From Camelus dromedarius (lineage: Eukaryota): a DNA stretch of 64,000 nt. The stretch spans positions 8,618,001-8,682,000 of the forward strand of contig NC_087437.1 in assembly GCF_036321535.1 (NCBI RefSeq), in the 5' to 3' direction. A program made the translations under genes and the position numbers. Shown piece by piece: positions 49,501 to 63,640 of this stretch (its first letter is position 1; each line of letters opens with the position of its first letter). Under the pieces are notes generated by a model that saw only the letters and a list, made by a program, of their open reading frames with translations, searched no databases and was not told the DNA's origin.

Positions 49501-51439
49501 CATGTGTGTACTAACCACTGTGCCTCATCCATCAGTTTACAAATGCTAGATTATCAATAGATGATGGTTGGATAAATGAAAAAAATGAACACAAGAATAA
49601 ATGAACAAATAAATAAATGAAGGAGGCAACCAACGCATTAATCCAGCTTACCCAATAATCTGCTGCTTCGGTGGAACACCAGAAATAATCCACCAGATAT
49701 TAGCCAGCATTGAATCAGTATCTTTCACATTCAAGATGCTTTTCGATGGTCACAATGACTTCCGGACTCAATCTACCTACTGCTTCTTCTATCCTTGAAG
49801 AGGAGAGGCCCTGATGTGGATCGAACACCAATGGAACCCCCATCACACAAGTGTGTTACACCCAGGGAGGGAGTTGTTAATGCACGGGCGTGAAGGGATT
49901 ATACGCGGGAGTGATAGGCAGATCATTCTCTGTGGTATGCTGTCTCTCCACTTTTATTCTACCCTTGAACTTGAACTTTCTTCTCTGCTGCAAGACCTTG
50001 ATGCATCTTCTGACTTGGAGCTGTCTCTGTTGCCTGGAAGGCTCTGTGAGGACAGGAACTGCCCACCAAGAAGGAAGACACACTGGGGTGAAGGTGAAAA
50101 TGATTTTGTGATGTTCCTTCAGGGTGTATGCTGGTGTTTCCCAGCACAGATGAAGAGAATAGAGGGACGAAAGAGGATACTATGGTTTCTTTTTGGCTTA
50201 GGACACAGAAGATACAACTTCTTGCCTCAAACATAGTCCTGAAGGTTCTATCTGGCCTTTATATTTGGGGACAGTGAGGGGAGGAAAAAGAAAGGGATTA
50301 ATACCTCTTGCTATTTTACTGTATGCCAGACACTATCCTGGGTAATTTTCATATATTATCTTATCGAATCCACACATGAACCAAGTCTATGAGATACCTG
50401 TGTAAGTGTATCCATAAAACCAATAAGAAAGGAGGCTTTAGGGAATTCAAACAAGCTGATTAAAGTCTCTCACTTGTAAATGGACTGTCAGAAACTCCAA
50501 ACCTGATACATTGTACTCCTAAGTCCTAAGTCTAGGCTCTTTCCACAAGTAAATGAATGAATAAGTAAATCAATAAATACTTAAGTAGTATTTACATTTG
50601 CTTTGTTCTCTTTTGACACAGGAACTCACAAAAAGTCTTTGAGGTTTTGAAAGGCTCCTAAAAAAAATACCAAATAGGTTGCGGTGAAAGAATAAATGAT
50701 GGAATGATTAAAACAGCAAAAATGTAAAGTGTTTTCTGAAAACAATCATTAGTAGTACTATTCAACATGAAAGGAGCATGGAACTCATTTAAACAAAGCA
50801 TTTGAAAGAATCAGTAACCTCAATACGAGGCCCTCCCTCATGTCTTATTTCAATAGAATTAGACTTTCTTCCTTGGCTAATTATTTTCTGTCTCTTTTAT
50901 CTTCTGAAGTCTGGGTGAATGGCACCTCTAGGGTGTTATAAACAAATTAGATACACAAATAGTAATGAATAATTTTCCCTGTCATATTTTCTGGGCTGTG
51001 AACTCTGCCTGAGGTTTTATCGGGTGGATTAATTTCACCTAAATACAATTCCCTTTGCTTTTACAAAAGAAGGTAGATTGTTGCCCTCTCATCAGTCCTG
51101 ATCTCAGTTTTGGATTAGCTGTTATGATGGTTAAACGCTGCTACATTAGGCCTTTGATGGTAAAATGATTCCTCTGTGTTGTTATTCTAAAGAGGCCATA
51201 ACATTTATCAAGCCCTAGAGATACTAGAACAAAATGATTAGAGAAACGTCAATCACAACATTCCTTGCCTCTTTCCCAGAATAATTATTTATTTGGTACC
51301 ATCTCTGCACAGGGCTGAGTGCAGAAGGCGGAGTGTGAATGTAGGGATTCCAGTTAAAACATGAACCTTCTCCTCAAGGAATCTACGGATTAGTGCAGGA
51401 GATGAGTGACTGTGAGGAGAGCTGTCACGGGTTAACGCT

Positions 51440-51760
51440 GTCTTCTGCCGTTCGGGCTGCTATTACAAAACACCGTAAAGTATGTGGCTTATAAACAGCA
51501 GACAGTTCACAGTCCTGGAGGCTGGAAGTCTGAGATCAGGGTGCCAACACGGCCAGGTTCTCGTGAGGGCTCTCTTCTGAGATGCAGACTACTGAGGTCT
51601 CTCTGCATCCTCACTAAGGGAGCCTTCTGGGGTCCCCTTTTATAAGGGCACGGATCCCATTCCTGAGGGCTCCACCCTCATGACCTGATCACCTTCCAAA
51701 CGCCCACCTCCAAATGCCATCACATTGGGTTTGAGAATTTCAACATACGGATTTTGAGTC
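51440..51760 (-). mobile_element. MLT1A-like LTR
   Basis: cacagtcctggaggctggaagtctgagatcagggtgcc..gagggctccaccctcatgacctgatcacc. Confidence 0.85.
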
Positions 51761-53674
51761 CAGAGCAAATGCCTTCCCAAGAACAGGTACAGAAGGAGCC
51801 ACAGGAGAACTCAGAAGCAAGAAACATTACTTCCAGCCGGGAGATTGGGAGAGACTTTGAGTAAGAGGTTTTGAAAAGGGAAGAAAAGTGAAAATGCTAG
51901 AATTAGGCTATTTCTTTGCGTCAAGGAAAACATCCTTGAAAACTCTATAAAATCTGTTGTTGGAGACAAAATATTATCTGTTATTTCTGCTTGTTTTGGT
52001 CACTGAATTTATAAAAGCACCAGATATTGCTGAACAGAGGACCCGAGAGTTCCAAAGCCTGTATTTCTGGTCTTCATTTGCTGACTGACAAGTTTCAGGA
52101 AATTGCCTTAAGTACAGGCAAGCAGGACCCTGTGTGATAGGAGAATAATTTATTCAGTGTTAATTGATTTCTTTATTCTTTCTTTCACTCATCTATTTCT
52201 TAAAATGTATTAATTGAGCACCTATTATATAAAAGGCACTGAGCTAGCTACTGGAGACCGTGCCGGCAATGGTGCGGACCTGGCGGCTGCTCTCAAGCAA
52301 TCTAGATCTTTGCTGCTCGAAGTGTGTCTGAGGGACCAGAAGCATCAGCGTCACCTGAGCATTCCTGAGAAATGCAGACTCTCTGTCTGCCCCAGCCCTG
52401 CTAACTCAGAATTCACATTTTAACTAGATCCCCTGTGGATTTGCACGGATATTAGAAACTGAGAAGAAGTTGAATTTGTAGCTCTAAATAGTCAACCAGA
52501 TAGTCTGCCAGCGAGGTCAAATTTGTCTGGTTCGGTCCTCAAGAGAACAGGAAAGCATCTATATGCAAGTCTTTTCTTTATTGGGAAGGGGCTGTGGGTT
52601 TCAAAAGAAATTTCATTTAAAATAACTAAGTAGAGGAAAGAGCTAAATTCCACATGTACAAATCGTGAGCACTATAGGGACTGACAGAAGTGAGGAGCTC
52701 AGATTTCTTACCCTAAATGAGACTGGAGAGAAATCATAGCCCCCAGCAGACTAATAGTTTGGGTCCCTTCAATTAGATCTGACCAGCCTTTCTTTTTCCT
52801 TACCTACAACCTGTCCTTCAACAATCTCATTGTGTGCAAATATTCTCCATCCTTCAGTAACCAGCTTGAGTAACACCTTCTCCTTCGAGCCTTTTCAATA
52901 TGCCAGCTAGAATCAACCTCTCTCCTTTGAGTGTCCCCAGCAATCCATCTGCATCTTCCTATAACATTTATATATTTTTGTCACCATGTGCACATGTACA
53001 AGTCTATGCCTTATTTCCCTCATAATAACACCTTCAAGGAAAATGGGCCCATGCCGTCTCTAATATACACAGCACATGACGTGTTATCATGAACACAGTA
53101 GGTCCTCAGTTGTGCTTACTGGATGAACTGAGACACGTAAATCACAACTGCATTTTCATATATATTAAAGATTTAAACACATTAACTATGCTTAGTCAAA
53201 GACCTTGGAAACCAGAAAATAACATCATTCAATCCAAAGTGCCTTTATTATGGTTAAGACTTATATCCAAAGCTGTGCTTTGTATAGTGAAATTGAAAAT
53301 AAAATCTGTGAGGTGTTTTGAATCTTGGTTTGGGAGGCAAGACATATCATCCTAAAGGACATTTAATAGTGACAGAAGGAAGCACATGATAAAGTTACTA
53401 ATTTAGCATCAATAAATGCCAAAATACAAAGCAAGGAGTATGAGATTCTGGGGTGGACAGGGGTAAATCAGTCTTGATGAGTTTCCTGAGAAGGGTGCAG
53501 AGCAGGTGAGGCTTGTGAGTTAGGCTTTTAAGGGTAGGTAGTGCTAGGAGGAGAAGTACATAAAGTCTTTGCACGTACAGAATCCAAGTGTGGGAAAAGT
53601 AGGAGAGATGAGTTCTTCTCTGCAAAGGAGACTTGATGTTAGATGTCTTGAAAGGATGATTCTTGGGTCAGACT

Positions 53675-54250
53675 GAGTTTTCCAAAGATGGCCCCCATAA
53701 TATCTCTCATCCCCCGTGCTCTTCTGCAGTGTGGTCTTATCACTCCCCCTCAAAAGGAAGGGTTTTTGCGTCTGGACAAGTTTGTGATTGCTCTGACCAG
53801 TGGAGTAGGGTGCAAGTGTGTGGCTCCCAAGGCTACGTCCTAAAAGGCAGTTTCTGCCTGGGTCTCTTGGGCTGCTCACTCTCTGATGCCTCCTCCTGGG
53901 ATGATTCTTGGAACCCAGCTGCCATGCTGTGATTACCCCAAGCCACGGGAGGGGTCATGGGCACGTGATCCAGTCAGCAGCCCAGCTCAGCCCGTTCTTC
54001 ATGTCAGCCCAGTCCAGAACCTAGACACAGCAGTAAGACGCCGCCGGATGATTCTAACCCCCAGGCATATGGAGTCACTCCCTTCCCTCTTGGTCTCCCC
54101 AGAGAAAGCCTCAGACATTATGAAACACAGCTATGCTATCCTTGCTGAGTTCTGTCTAAATTCCTGACCCATAAAAATCTGTGAACATAATGACATGATT
54201 GTTTTGTGCGTGATAATATTTAAAAAAAAAAATCACTGAATAACCGAAAC
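53675..54250 (+). mobile_element. MLT1 LTR
   Basis: aaagatggccccca..ttggaacccagctgccatgctgtga..ctaaattcctgacccataaaaatctgtga. Confidence 0.8.
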
Positions 54251-54625
54251 AACTCCGGTTTTCCATCTTTTGAGGGCCAGTCTGGTATGGTGGAAAGCAC
54301 ACATATTTTGGAATAAGACAGCCCTGGTTTGAGTCTCAGCTCCATCACTCACTTAGGTGTAAACACTGAGACCAATTATTGACAGTTTAGGGGTCAGCTT
54401 CCTCATCTCTAAATAGGGGTGGTTGCACAAACATTATAGAGTCACTGGCAAAATTAAATGAGATAAACTATGTAAGAGGCCAAATATAAAATAGGTACCC
54501 AACGTGTTGCAGATTTTATCACTGGTATTTAAAATCTGAAGTGGTCCTGCCTTAGAGACCACCACCATTTACTTGTGCCCAGCTGTGAGAAGGGAACAGA
54601 AGAATAGTGCATGAAGACAACAGTG

Positions 54626-54627
<2 letters not shown>

Positions 54628-54680
<53 letters not shown>
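54628..54680. repeat. (GT)n microsatellite
   Basis: Direct observation. Confidence 0.98.
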
Positions 54681-54681
<1 letters not shown>

Positions 54682-54899
54682 AGGGCCCTCGCCCTTGTAA
54701 GATTTTGTTTGGGAGCCATTATATTAGCAACAGCTAAATTTAAATAATGAGTTACCGTTTATGCAGTGCTTTTATAGATGTGACAGTATTTGAGTTTGGG
54801 GCAGCCTTTCCAGGAAGATCCTCCAATTCCAGGCTTCCCCCAGTCTCTGAAAGTAGAGCGTTCCCCTCCAGCCTTTCATAAGGGGAAACGGCATGAAGT

Positions 54900-55330
54900 G
54901 AAGAAGCAATTACCTTAGGACACATCTTGCTAACAAATGCACAAAATAAATCGTGATGGAAGCGCAGGTGCTCACAGACGCAGCTCGGAGCTGCGGTGGC
55001 TTCATGCTGAGATGCTGAGGGCAGCTCCCGGGGGAAGGAGCTTGGGGGTGTGACTTTCGCTGCTGGGGGTCAAGGGGGAGGGGACGGTGCCTTTCTGACA
55101 GCTGCTGCAACACACAAGCGATTTTTGCTATTTTGCAAGAGCGGAAACCCTTTCCGGCTGTCCTTTGGTTAGCAAAGGCAGGTCCTGACGTAGGGCTCAC
55201 CTGAAAGCGGAGCGGTGTAAAGAGAACTTTTGCGAAGGGGGAGGGGTCCCTGTCCGCCATTTTGTGGGTTTTGATGGGCGGTAGCTGTAGGTAAGTGACT
55301 GGCCCAGCACTTGGGCCATGGTGCCAGACC
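54900..55330. promoter_or_regulatory. Small CpG-enriched promoter-like element, possibly bidirectional
   Basis: Local CpG excess against a CpG-depleted background. YY1 motif CCGCCATTTT (55254-55263), ETS cores CGGAA/TTCCGG (55142-55157), CRE half-site TGACGT (55186-55191). Plus-strand donor AG|GTAAGT at 55291; minus-strand donors CAG|GTGAGC (55200) and AAG|GTAATT (54913). Confidence 0.6.
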
Positions 55331-57178
55331 TCGTGAATTCAAACTCACCAGCCACGCAACCTTGAGGACGTTCCAAAAACCTCTCCTGCTCCTCGACTTT
55401 ATCATCTCTAAAACAGCACTCCTGTACTATTTTCGGAATGAAATGAAATCATATATGCAAAGCACTTAAACCAGGCCTTGCACAGAGCAGGGTGTTCAAT
55501 AACGTGCGATCACAGATTCGGCTCAGGGAGTCCAATTTTCTAGGCTCACACAGGTAGAGCTCATCAAACCCAGGCCTTGTGCTCTTGATATCACAGTTAT
55601 TATATATTTTGCCTTTAATTTTTGCTCAGGTGCAGGTTTACTGTTGTGCCTGTTGGGGTCTGGTCACTGTTTAATCACACTCCTTGCCTTTACGCTCGGA
55701 AGGTTCTCACCTGAACCACTTGTGCAAAAACCAGACTCCACACCAGTGCCTAATTTTGCCCAAGATGTTGGCAGATAGCTCTCCTGGTTCATGCGTCATT
55801 AGCAGGAATAGTTTCTTCACAAAACCTGTCTCGACTACACGCTTGTGACTATCAAGACCCCCTTTATGGCTGCCTCATCTTCGTAAAACCCCCGAAGACC
55901 TTGTTTCTTCTCAGGTCTTGAGACCTCCCTCCCCCATCCTGCCACAGTCAGATCTTGAAGATGCTTTGTAGGTCAGGTCATCCACATCTAAAAAAGTTAT
56001 TCCTTGAAACAAACTTTATGGCAACAACGATGGCTCTGTGTTTAGATTTTCGTTCATCTCTGAAGCCTTTCCAGCCCCCGGGCTGTGCCCTGTTATTAGT
56101 CACTCCCTTGCATGGAACGTCCCGGCAGAACCTTGCTGGACTGCATCACCATCTCAAGCTGCAGGCATAGCTCATCTCTTCCCTTTTTTATTCTTCCTTC
56201 ACTCCCTATTTCCATTTGGATGACCACTTAATTATCTCTCAGCATCTTACATCAACTAATCCCCAATCGGTGTGTCAGCAACCTTCGAGTAATGCCAATT
56301 TGTTTGTGTTTTGTAAAATATATACGGCTTCTCTATTCTTGTGCTTTCTTATTTGTGAGCTGTCATGTCACCTGTCAGGGCAACGGTGTGCAAATACTTT
56401 GCTGAAGGTGACTTATCTCAGACCTCGCCTCTCCCACAGGGGTGGAGGAAAAAAATCAGTCTTTAATGAACTCAGTGCTAAAGTAGATTAGCTGTTTTCT
56501 TCAGGTAAGATGGATGAGGCTCTCAACACGATTACATCACCAGGTCTGGATTTCTCTCTGTGCAAATCCCGTGTCATAAGTGCTATTAAGACCCCTGTCA
56601 ATCCATTTCACTGACGTATTTTAGGGTTTTGGCCAAAAACTAAAATGATACCAGTCCTGATTAAACAGTTTACATTGTTATCTATGTGATAGTCTTGCTT
56701 CCAAGTGCCTTGATCTTACACACTCTCATTTGGCGATGCTCTTTATTTCTTAATGAGTTCATAACATACCAGATGACATACAATTTGTCCAGTTACTTAG
56801 AACAATCGAAACTTCACTGGATGAATGAGAAAGCTCTCTTATACAACCTCATTTTAAGAATTTTGGGTAAGAGGTTTTGTTTTCATACATAGAAAGCATT
56901 CCTGAAGCGTTTCTGGAGCTCTCCCTCCTGAGGGAGCAGCTCAAGGTAGAAAACTGTGAAGAATGTCCTGGGCTGTGATGGCGGGAAGGGATGGGCTGGC
57001 CATGTCTCTCTGGAATAGATGGGGAAGATGCTTCTCACAACCAGAGCAACTGTGACCGCCAAGCTCCAGAGCAAAATGAACGAGCAAGGTTAACTTAATC
57101 TATGCAAGATGTGTTGGGGGAGAGAGAGTTCAGGTGATGTTTTCAAGGAAGGTGATGGCATCAGCTGCAGGCTGCTTC

Positions 57179-57863
57179 TGTTACTGAGCAAGGGATCGTG
57201 TGCCCACCGCACAGAAAGCCAAGCTCTGACAGTGGTGTTCACAGCAAAGTATGGCTTTATTTGCAGGGCGCCAAGCAGGGAGAACGGGCAGCTTATGCTC
57301 GAAAGACACAAATTCCCCAATGACTTTCAGGCAAGGGTTTTTCTTTTTTTTTAATTCTTACTTTTATTAAAGGTTAGTCAATTTACAATGTTAGTTTCAG
57401 GTGTACTGCAAAGTGATTCCGATATTTTTTTTTTTCCTCTGGGCAAGGGTTTTTAAAGACAGTGTTAGGGAGAGGGTTGTAGGATGCATGATCAGCTTGT
57501 GGACCTTCTTTGGATGGATTGGTGGTGAGATAACAGGGTGATGCTTCAGGAATCTCAACCTTCTGGTTCCAACCAGTCGGGTCTGTGTGCCTGTGGTCAG
57601 TGTGTAGTCACCATCCTCCCCCTGGGTGAGGGTCTTAGTTTCTACAGAACGGCTCAAAGATGTGCATCAGATTGTTACCTACATCCCTTCAGGAGGAACT
57701 GGGAGTCCTATGACTCTATTGTCCTGATTACTAACTGCTTGAGCCTGCTCTTTGGAATGGAAGGTCTAGGAGACTAAAGCCTGTTTTTTCTACACATGAG
57801 AAGTAGGGGACATGGAGGGGCTTTTGTACCTGGGAAGGCCCCACAAGGTCCTGCTTGGTTTCA
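57179..57863 (-). mobile_element. ERV1-type solo LTR with an inserted L1 3' tip (57343-57441)
   Basis: TG..CA ends, antisense AATAAA near 57256, perfect 13-bp TSD ggcaagggttttt around the L1 tip. Confidence 0.75.
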
Positions 57864-59185
57864 CTCTCCCCTTTTCTTTGATACTCTTCAATCCTGAGGG
57901 GAATGAGAGCAGAGCTAGAAAGGGAAAAAAGTTTTGGACAGAGAGATAGATCACGAACTCAGCAGAAGAGCTCAGTTTTAAGGGGGACTTGGTTTGATTT
58001 CCTTGACGCACTTATAATAGCACTTTCTGCTAATGACCCAAGCAACTCATTTCGTTCACCTTTTCAAAAAAAAAAAAAGTGAAAAATTAAGTGCAAATTC
58101 AGAGAAAAAGCTCTTAGAGTTTCACTGGCATGCACAGTTATTTCACCTTTCTGCTTACGGAGATAGCTTAGTAAGCATGCAATATTTTCCTTTTAATATT
58201 ATACTCCTTAACTCCTTAAGGTTCAGTTTGGTTTTGGGTGGCTCTGTGTAACTTTGGAGCAAACTTTGCCTTCAGATTTTTTCTCTGGTTTTGTTTGTTT
58301 GTTTGAATGCATTATACTTTATCAACTGGTAAGAGCCACTTTTGTCAATGGGTAATTAATGACCCTTATTTGCTGACACTGGTAAGTTGGAATGACCCCT
58401 GAATAACTGAAATTGGAATTTGCCTCTTCTGACTTCTGATAGGAGGCAGAAGTTGAGCATTTGCAACATAATGCCATTTTGTTCACTAAAGAAATATGTT
58501 TGTGTTAATACTATGTGTACATAATTCCCTTATTATTAGAAATTGACTGGAGGGAGAATTAGGAGCAAAAAAAAAATAAAAGAAAGGAAAAGTAAAGAAT
58601 TGTTCACTGACTTGCTTCTAAACTTACTTGCAAGGAGAAAAAAATTAATAGAAATCAGTATTCTTTTATTGTGTCTCCATTCCTCAAAGAAATGTTCAAC
58701 TATGCAGAGAAAGAAAAAAAATGCTCGCCTATATTTTATCTGTCATTTATATACAAATAAGGTTCTGATTAAAATACATTTTGGTGGCTCCAACTGGGGA
58801 GGATTTATCTGTGAAGAAAAAACTTGAAAAGGATAACGTTTCATTGTTTGGTATTATCAGCGCTACAACTCAAATTCTTTATAGAGTTCAGTCCTGTACA
58901 GACTCTGTAGAATTGCTAATGCTTCCTTCCTTATGTGGCTCACATCTTCACAGAGAAGCTTAATCTGAAGTTCTGCATGCTCTTTTCATCCATTTTTTTT
59001 TTGTGTGTGTGTGTGTATTACAATTCCTTCTAACATTTTCTCTTTTCCTCCCTCAGCAAGATTTTCTGTCTTCTGAAGAATTTTAATCTTTTGAGGTCAT
59101 AAAGCTTTTTGATGCCTTCTGCTACACTTTAGGTAAATTCAGGATGCAGCTTTTTTCATGGGGAGAGGAGGGGGAAAGCTGTTCC

Positions 59186-59797
59186 TGAGACAGGAGGGAA
59201 GCGGGCAGGGCACAACCATTAAAAAGACGCAGACATTGAGAAAAATAGAATAGGACATAAACTGGTTAGAACCAACTCGGCCCAAGATGGTGGAAGACTC
59301 ACCTTCCAGTAGACCTTGGGGCTCATTATATGCTCATTGTAATATATCAGCATGATAGATTACACACCTACCGGTGCCATGACAGTTTCAAGGCTGACCA
59401 TAAAAGGCCAAAAAGTAGTCAGTGGCCCAATTCCTGGAAATCCCTGCCCCTTCCTGAAAACAGTTGGAATAATCCTCCCACTTGTTAGCATATAAATACC
59501 CAGCCCATAAATACTAACCCCCTCAGCACCCCAGGGTTGCTCTCGCTTCTGAGACAGACCCCATTCTGCCTATGGAGTGTGTATCTTCTAGGGGCTCTCA
59601 TCCTCTGAGACGGCCCTCACTTTGTCTATGGCGTGTGTATCTCCCTGAATAAATCTGCTTTCACTCTACTTTGGCTCGCTTTTGAATTGTTTCCCGGGCA
59701 AAGGCAAGGACCCTCACTTGGCAGGGAGCGTCCTAGGGACTCCCTGAGAGCTGGGACATGAACATCCTCTTGTGCCTCATTTTCCTGCTGCCAACTA
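59186..59797 (+). mobile_element. ERV1-type solo LTR
   Basis: TG start, ccaagatgg, TATAAATA at ~59491, AATAAA at ~59648, internal ~50-bp direct repeat (59540-59586 / 59594-59642). Confidence 0.8.
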
Positions 59798-60007
59798 TCG
59801 GAGAGTGGGAGACTTGAAGGGACAATTACACCAGTGCACACATGTCCCTCTGGTGTTATGGCCAGCTGGTGCTGTAGATTCAAAGCAGCCAGCGCCACTG
59901 TCACATATGTGATGCTCATCTAAACAGTGAAGGAGATCAGAGATGTTAGGTGTATTTCTATAAAAGTTTCTGGGCTTGATAGATCGGCATGGTGGGTATC
60001 TAATCCA

Positions 60008-60170
60008 TAGCCTTGCTACTCAAAGTGTGGCCTCTGGACTGGAAGGATGGACATCACCTGTAAGTGTGTTAGAAATGCAGAATTAGTTCCATCCCAGAAC
60101 TACTGAAATCTGATGGGCATTTCAACAAGACCTCCAGGACTTATATATACGTTAAAGTTTGAGAAGCATG
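60008..60170 (+). mobile_element. MER5A
   Basis: tgctactcaaagtgtggcc..catcacctgtaagtgtgttagaaatgcagaat..aagtttgagaagca. Confidence 0.8.
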
Positions 60171-62002
60171 TCAAGAGATGCTACTTTATTCTGTCAACAA
60201 TTCTCCAGTCGTAATTGTAAAACAGCACTAATGATAGTTATGCACCAAAATCACACTAAGAGCTTTTATTGCCTCATTTCCTTTACTCTTCACGTCAAAC
60301 CTCAAAAGTCATTTTTCCTATCATTCCCATTTGACAGATATGGCACTTAAGCTCAGAAAGTTGAGGTTACTTGTTTAAGGTCATACAGGAAGACATTTAG
60401 GTCACTGAGAAAGAAGGTCTTCTCTGTGTTGGCTTTTGACAGTGCTTCCAGAGATGATTAATATCTCAATAGAGTCACACCAATTCGATTCTCCAGAAAC
60501 TGATTTAGAAGCAATAATCAAAGCTTATCTCTTTATAATGAAAAATTTAATTGCCTCCTGGACCAGACCACTGGTGGTAGCATACTCAGTCTCTGTTGGA
60601 TACCCTGAAGGGAAGGCAGGGTAGAATCAGGAGGTTTTTTTCAGTTAGCCTGGAATTAGAGTGATGGAAGTTAACTGATGGTAAGAGAGTTTTTGATAAT
60701 TTTAACATCACACATTATCAAATAATAACTTGATAGACCTATTTCTGTTCCATGGCAGTGTGTCTACCAAGGACTCTAGCAGCTTGACCTTGACCGGTGG
60801 TACCCCTTCCCGTCTATACGACTGGACATTCAAGACGCAGTCCCATCACTAGGATAAACCTTATTTTCAGGCAGATCATATAATTCTGTTGTCATGTTAA
60901 TGCTATCAATTCGTCTCTAGCCAAATCTTGTTCTTGCTTTTGCCTAATGTCTATTTCTGATCAAGGCCATTTTGAGTGATATCACTAATCTGTCTCTAGT
61001 AAGGCAGTCCTCAGTGTTCTGTGGATTTGTATTATTCTCAAAATCCATGTTTTCAGGAGAGAAAAGTCTTACAAACAGCTGCTTCCTTGGTTGGGAGTTT
61101 CAAAGAGCTTTGATACTTAAGAGTACATTAATTAATGTCACTGAACAGGACATTGGATATGGAACACATAGATACATATGCTATTATATGTTACCATATA
61201 CAATATATAATACACGTATATGTGTCATTAAGTACAAAACAAAAACAATGGTTACTACTTGTTAAGCCTCTATTTTGTGTCAGAAACTATAATTTACTGC
61301 GTAACTACAACTATAACATACAATATTTCATCTACTCCTCATAATACACGTGTAGGAGATATGTTAATATTCCAGCTTTACAGAGGAGAAAACTAAGTTG
61401 AACTGAGATTAAGTAACTTACTCTAGGTCACCCAGATGGTACATGATGGATATCTGTGACCTTGATACCTGTGACAGAAAAGCTCATGTTCTTTCCAATT
61501 TATTACCTTGTCTTCCATATAGTTCCTTATATAATGAATGTAGTTAACTGTGATTTAGGATTCTATTAACAAGATATAGACTAAGTCACGGAGCTGTGAC
61601 TTATGGAAACATGGGAGACAAATAATCTCCAGTAGTCTGCAGGCTTGGTGAAATAAAAACTACTAGTAAGCTATTCTGACAATGTCTTAGTTGAGAATTT
61701 CATCCTGTTTTCAAAACTGTTTTAGTGTTCTAACACATTTTCCTTCATCAGGGAAGCCATAATCCAATTTAAACAACTTTTGAACATTATATAAAATAAC
61801 TACTACAGGTTATTTTTATTTACTGCATCAGTCTGTATGCACAACAAAATTTTATGGGTCTTTTAGCAAATGAAATTAAAATAATTATTAGGCAGTAATA
61901 CTTTTTATCTTTCTTAATAAAGAGAAATGATTACACTCAAAGTCAGTTGCTTAAGAAGTAGATAGAGTTGCATTAACAGAATTCCCAGTCTCAATAAAAT
62001 TG

Positions 62003-62181
62003 GATATAGAGAACAAACTGATGCTTAACAGGGGGGAACAGGTGGAAGGAGGGACAAATTGGGAGTTCGGGATTTGTGGGAACTAACTATTATATATAAA
62101 ATATATAAACAAGGTCCTTTGTATAGCATAGGGAACTATGTTCAATATCTTTTAATAACCTATAATAAAAAATATGAAAAG

Positions 62182-62247
<66 letters not shown>

Positions 62248-62330
62248 CTGAATCACTGTGCTATATATCAGGAACGAGCACAACATTGTAAATTGACTAT
62301 ACTTCAATAATAAAATAAAAAATTAAAAAC
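62003..62330 (+). mobile_element. L1 3' end with (TA)n and A-rich tail
   Basis: atagagaacaaactgatg..aactgaatcactgtgct..gactatacttcaataataaaataaaaa. Confidence 0.9.
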
Positions 62331-62349
62331 TCAAGGTGTTTTTAAAGTA

Positions 62350-63640
62350 TTCATTCATTTGACAAATACTTAGCTATACTTACCATGCATTTGACACAGT
62401 TTTAGGCCCATGGAATATAGGTGAATGAAATATGCAAGAATCCCTGATTTCATGGGGACTAAATTCTTACAAAAGGCCTGTAGAAAATAACAGTGACTGA
62501 GAAAATTATGTGGTAGATTATAATCAATAGGTGACATGAAAAAAATTAAAAGGAGAACAGGGAAAGGAAAAGTAGGAATGCTGGGTAGATGCAGAAACAG
62601 TATCATGCAGGCTGGTTAGGGCAGACCTCACTGAGCAGAAAAGAATAAAGAATTGAGGAAGAGGGAGTTAACCAGGCAGACATTGAGGAGAGTCATTCCA
62701 GGTAAAGGCAATAACTTCAACAGAGGGTCAAAGTAGGAGCAACAAACAGAAAAGAGGCCAATGTGGTTGTAGAGAGAGGGAGTGAGGGAGAAAGTACTGG
62801 GAGACAAATTAGAACAAGGGGTCGAAGCATGTAGACCCTTGTTGACTCTTACAAATATTGTGGCTTTGCTCCAAGTAAATTAAAGCACTATTGGCAGTTT
62901 TGAGTAGAAAAACAGTAAGATTTGACTTACATTTAGGAAGATCACTTTGGATATTGTCTTGGAAATAAACTATAGAAAAGCAAGAGAAAAAGCCGTTAAG
63001 CAATTATTGTAATAATTCTTGAATGCGCCAATGGAGACTAGGGTCGGAGAAGTGGCAGTGGAGATAAAAAGAAGCATTGAGCTGATGGGTATATTTGATG
63101 AGTTGGCTCTGAGGTATAAGAGACAGCAGTGGAGGTGGACTCCAAGGTTTTGTCCTGAACAATTTCAGCGAGTTAACCGAGAGGAGGAAATCTCGGTGAA
63201 TGTGACATATTGTTGCAGGAGAGGGAGAAAGATGAAGAAAGAGTGCAGTTTTGAACATGTTGAATTTGAAATACCTCTTGTACATTCAAGGGCAGGTGCT
63301 AGTAGTTGGGTGCACAAGTCCAGAATTTGAGAGAAGATGATAAATTTGGGATTTGTGAGCATATAGATGGAATGTTAAGACCATGAGGACTAGATGTGAT
63401 CACCTAGGGAGGGAGTGTGAATAGAAAATCAAGAACAAAGAAAATAACCCCCCTAGATATTCCAACATTAAAACACCAGAAAGAAGACAAGGAATCAGCA
63501 GCAGACCCTGAGAAAGAATACGCATTAAAATGAAAAAAAAAAAAATTGAGACTGCTTGGTGTCTCCAAAGCCAAATGTAGACAGTGTGATCAAAGAGGGG
63601 AGAGGAGTTCTGACTGTTACATGGAAAATTGAAAAAGACT
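62350..63640 (-). mobile_element. L2 (3' end and RT fragment)
   Basis: cattcatttgacaaatacttagc.. L2 tail; gagtgcagttttgaacatgttgaatttgaaatacc. Confidence 0.85.

Noticed and set aside
54910..55260. 116-aa ORF as a single-exon protein
   Set aside because: No recognisable domain, a strong splice donor falls after codon 20, and GC-rich promoter DNA readily yields open frames.
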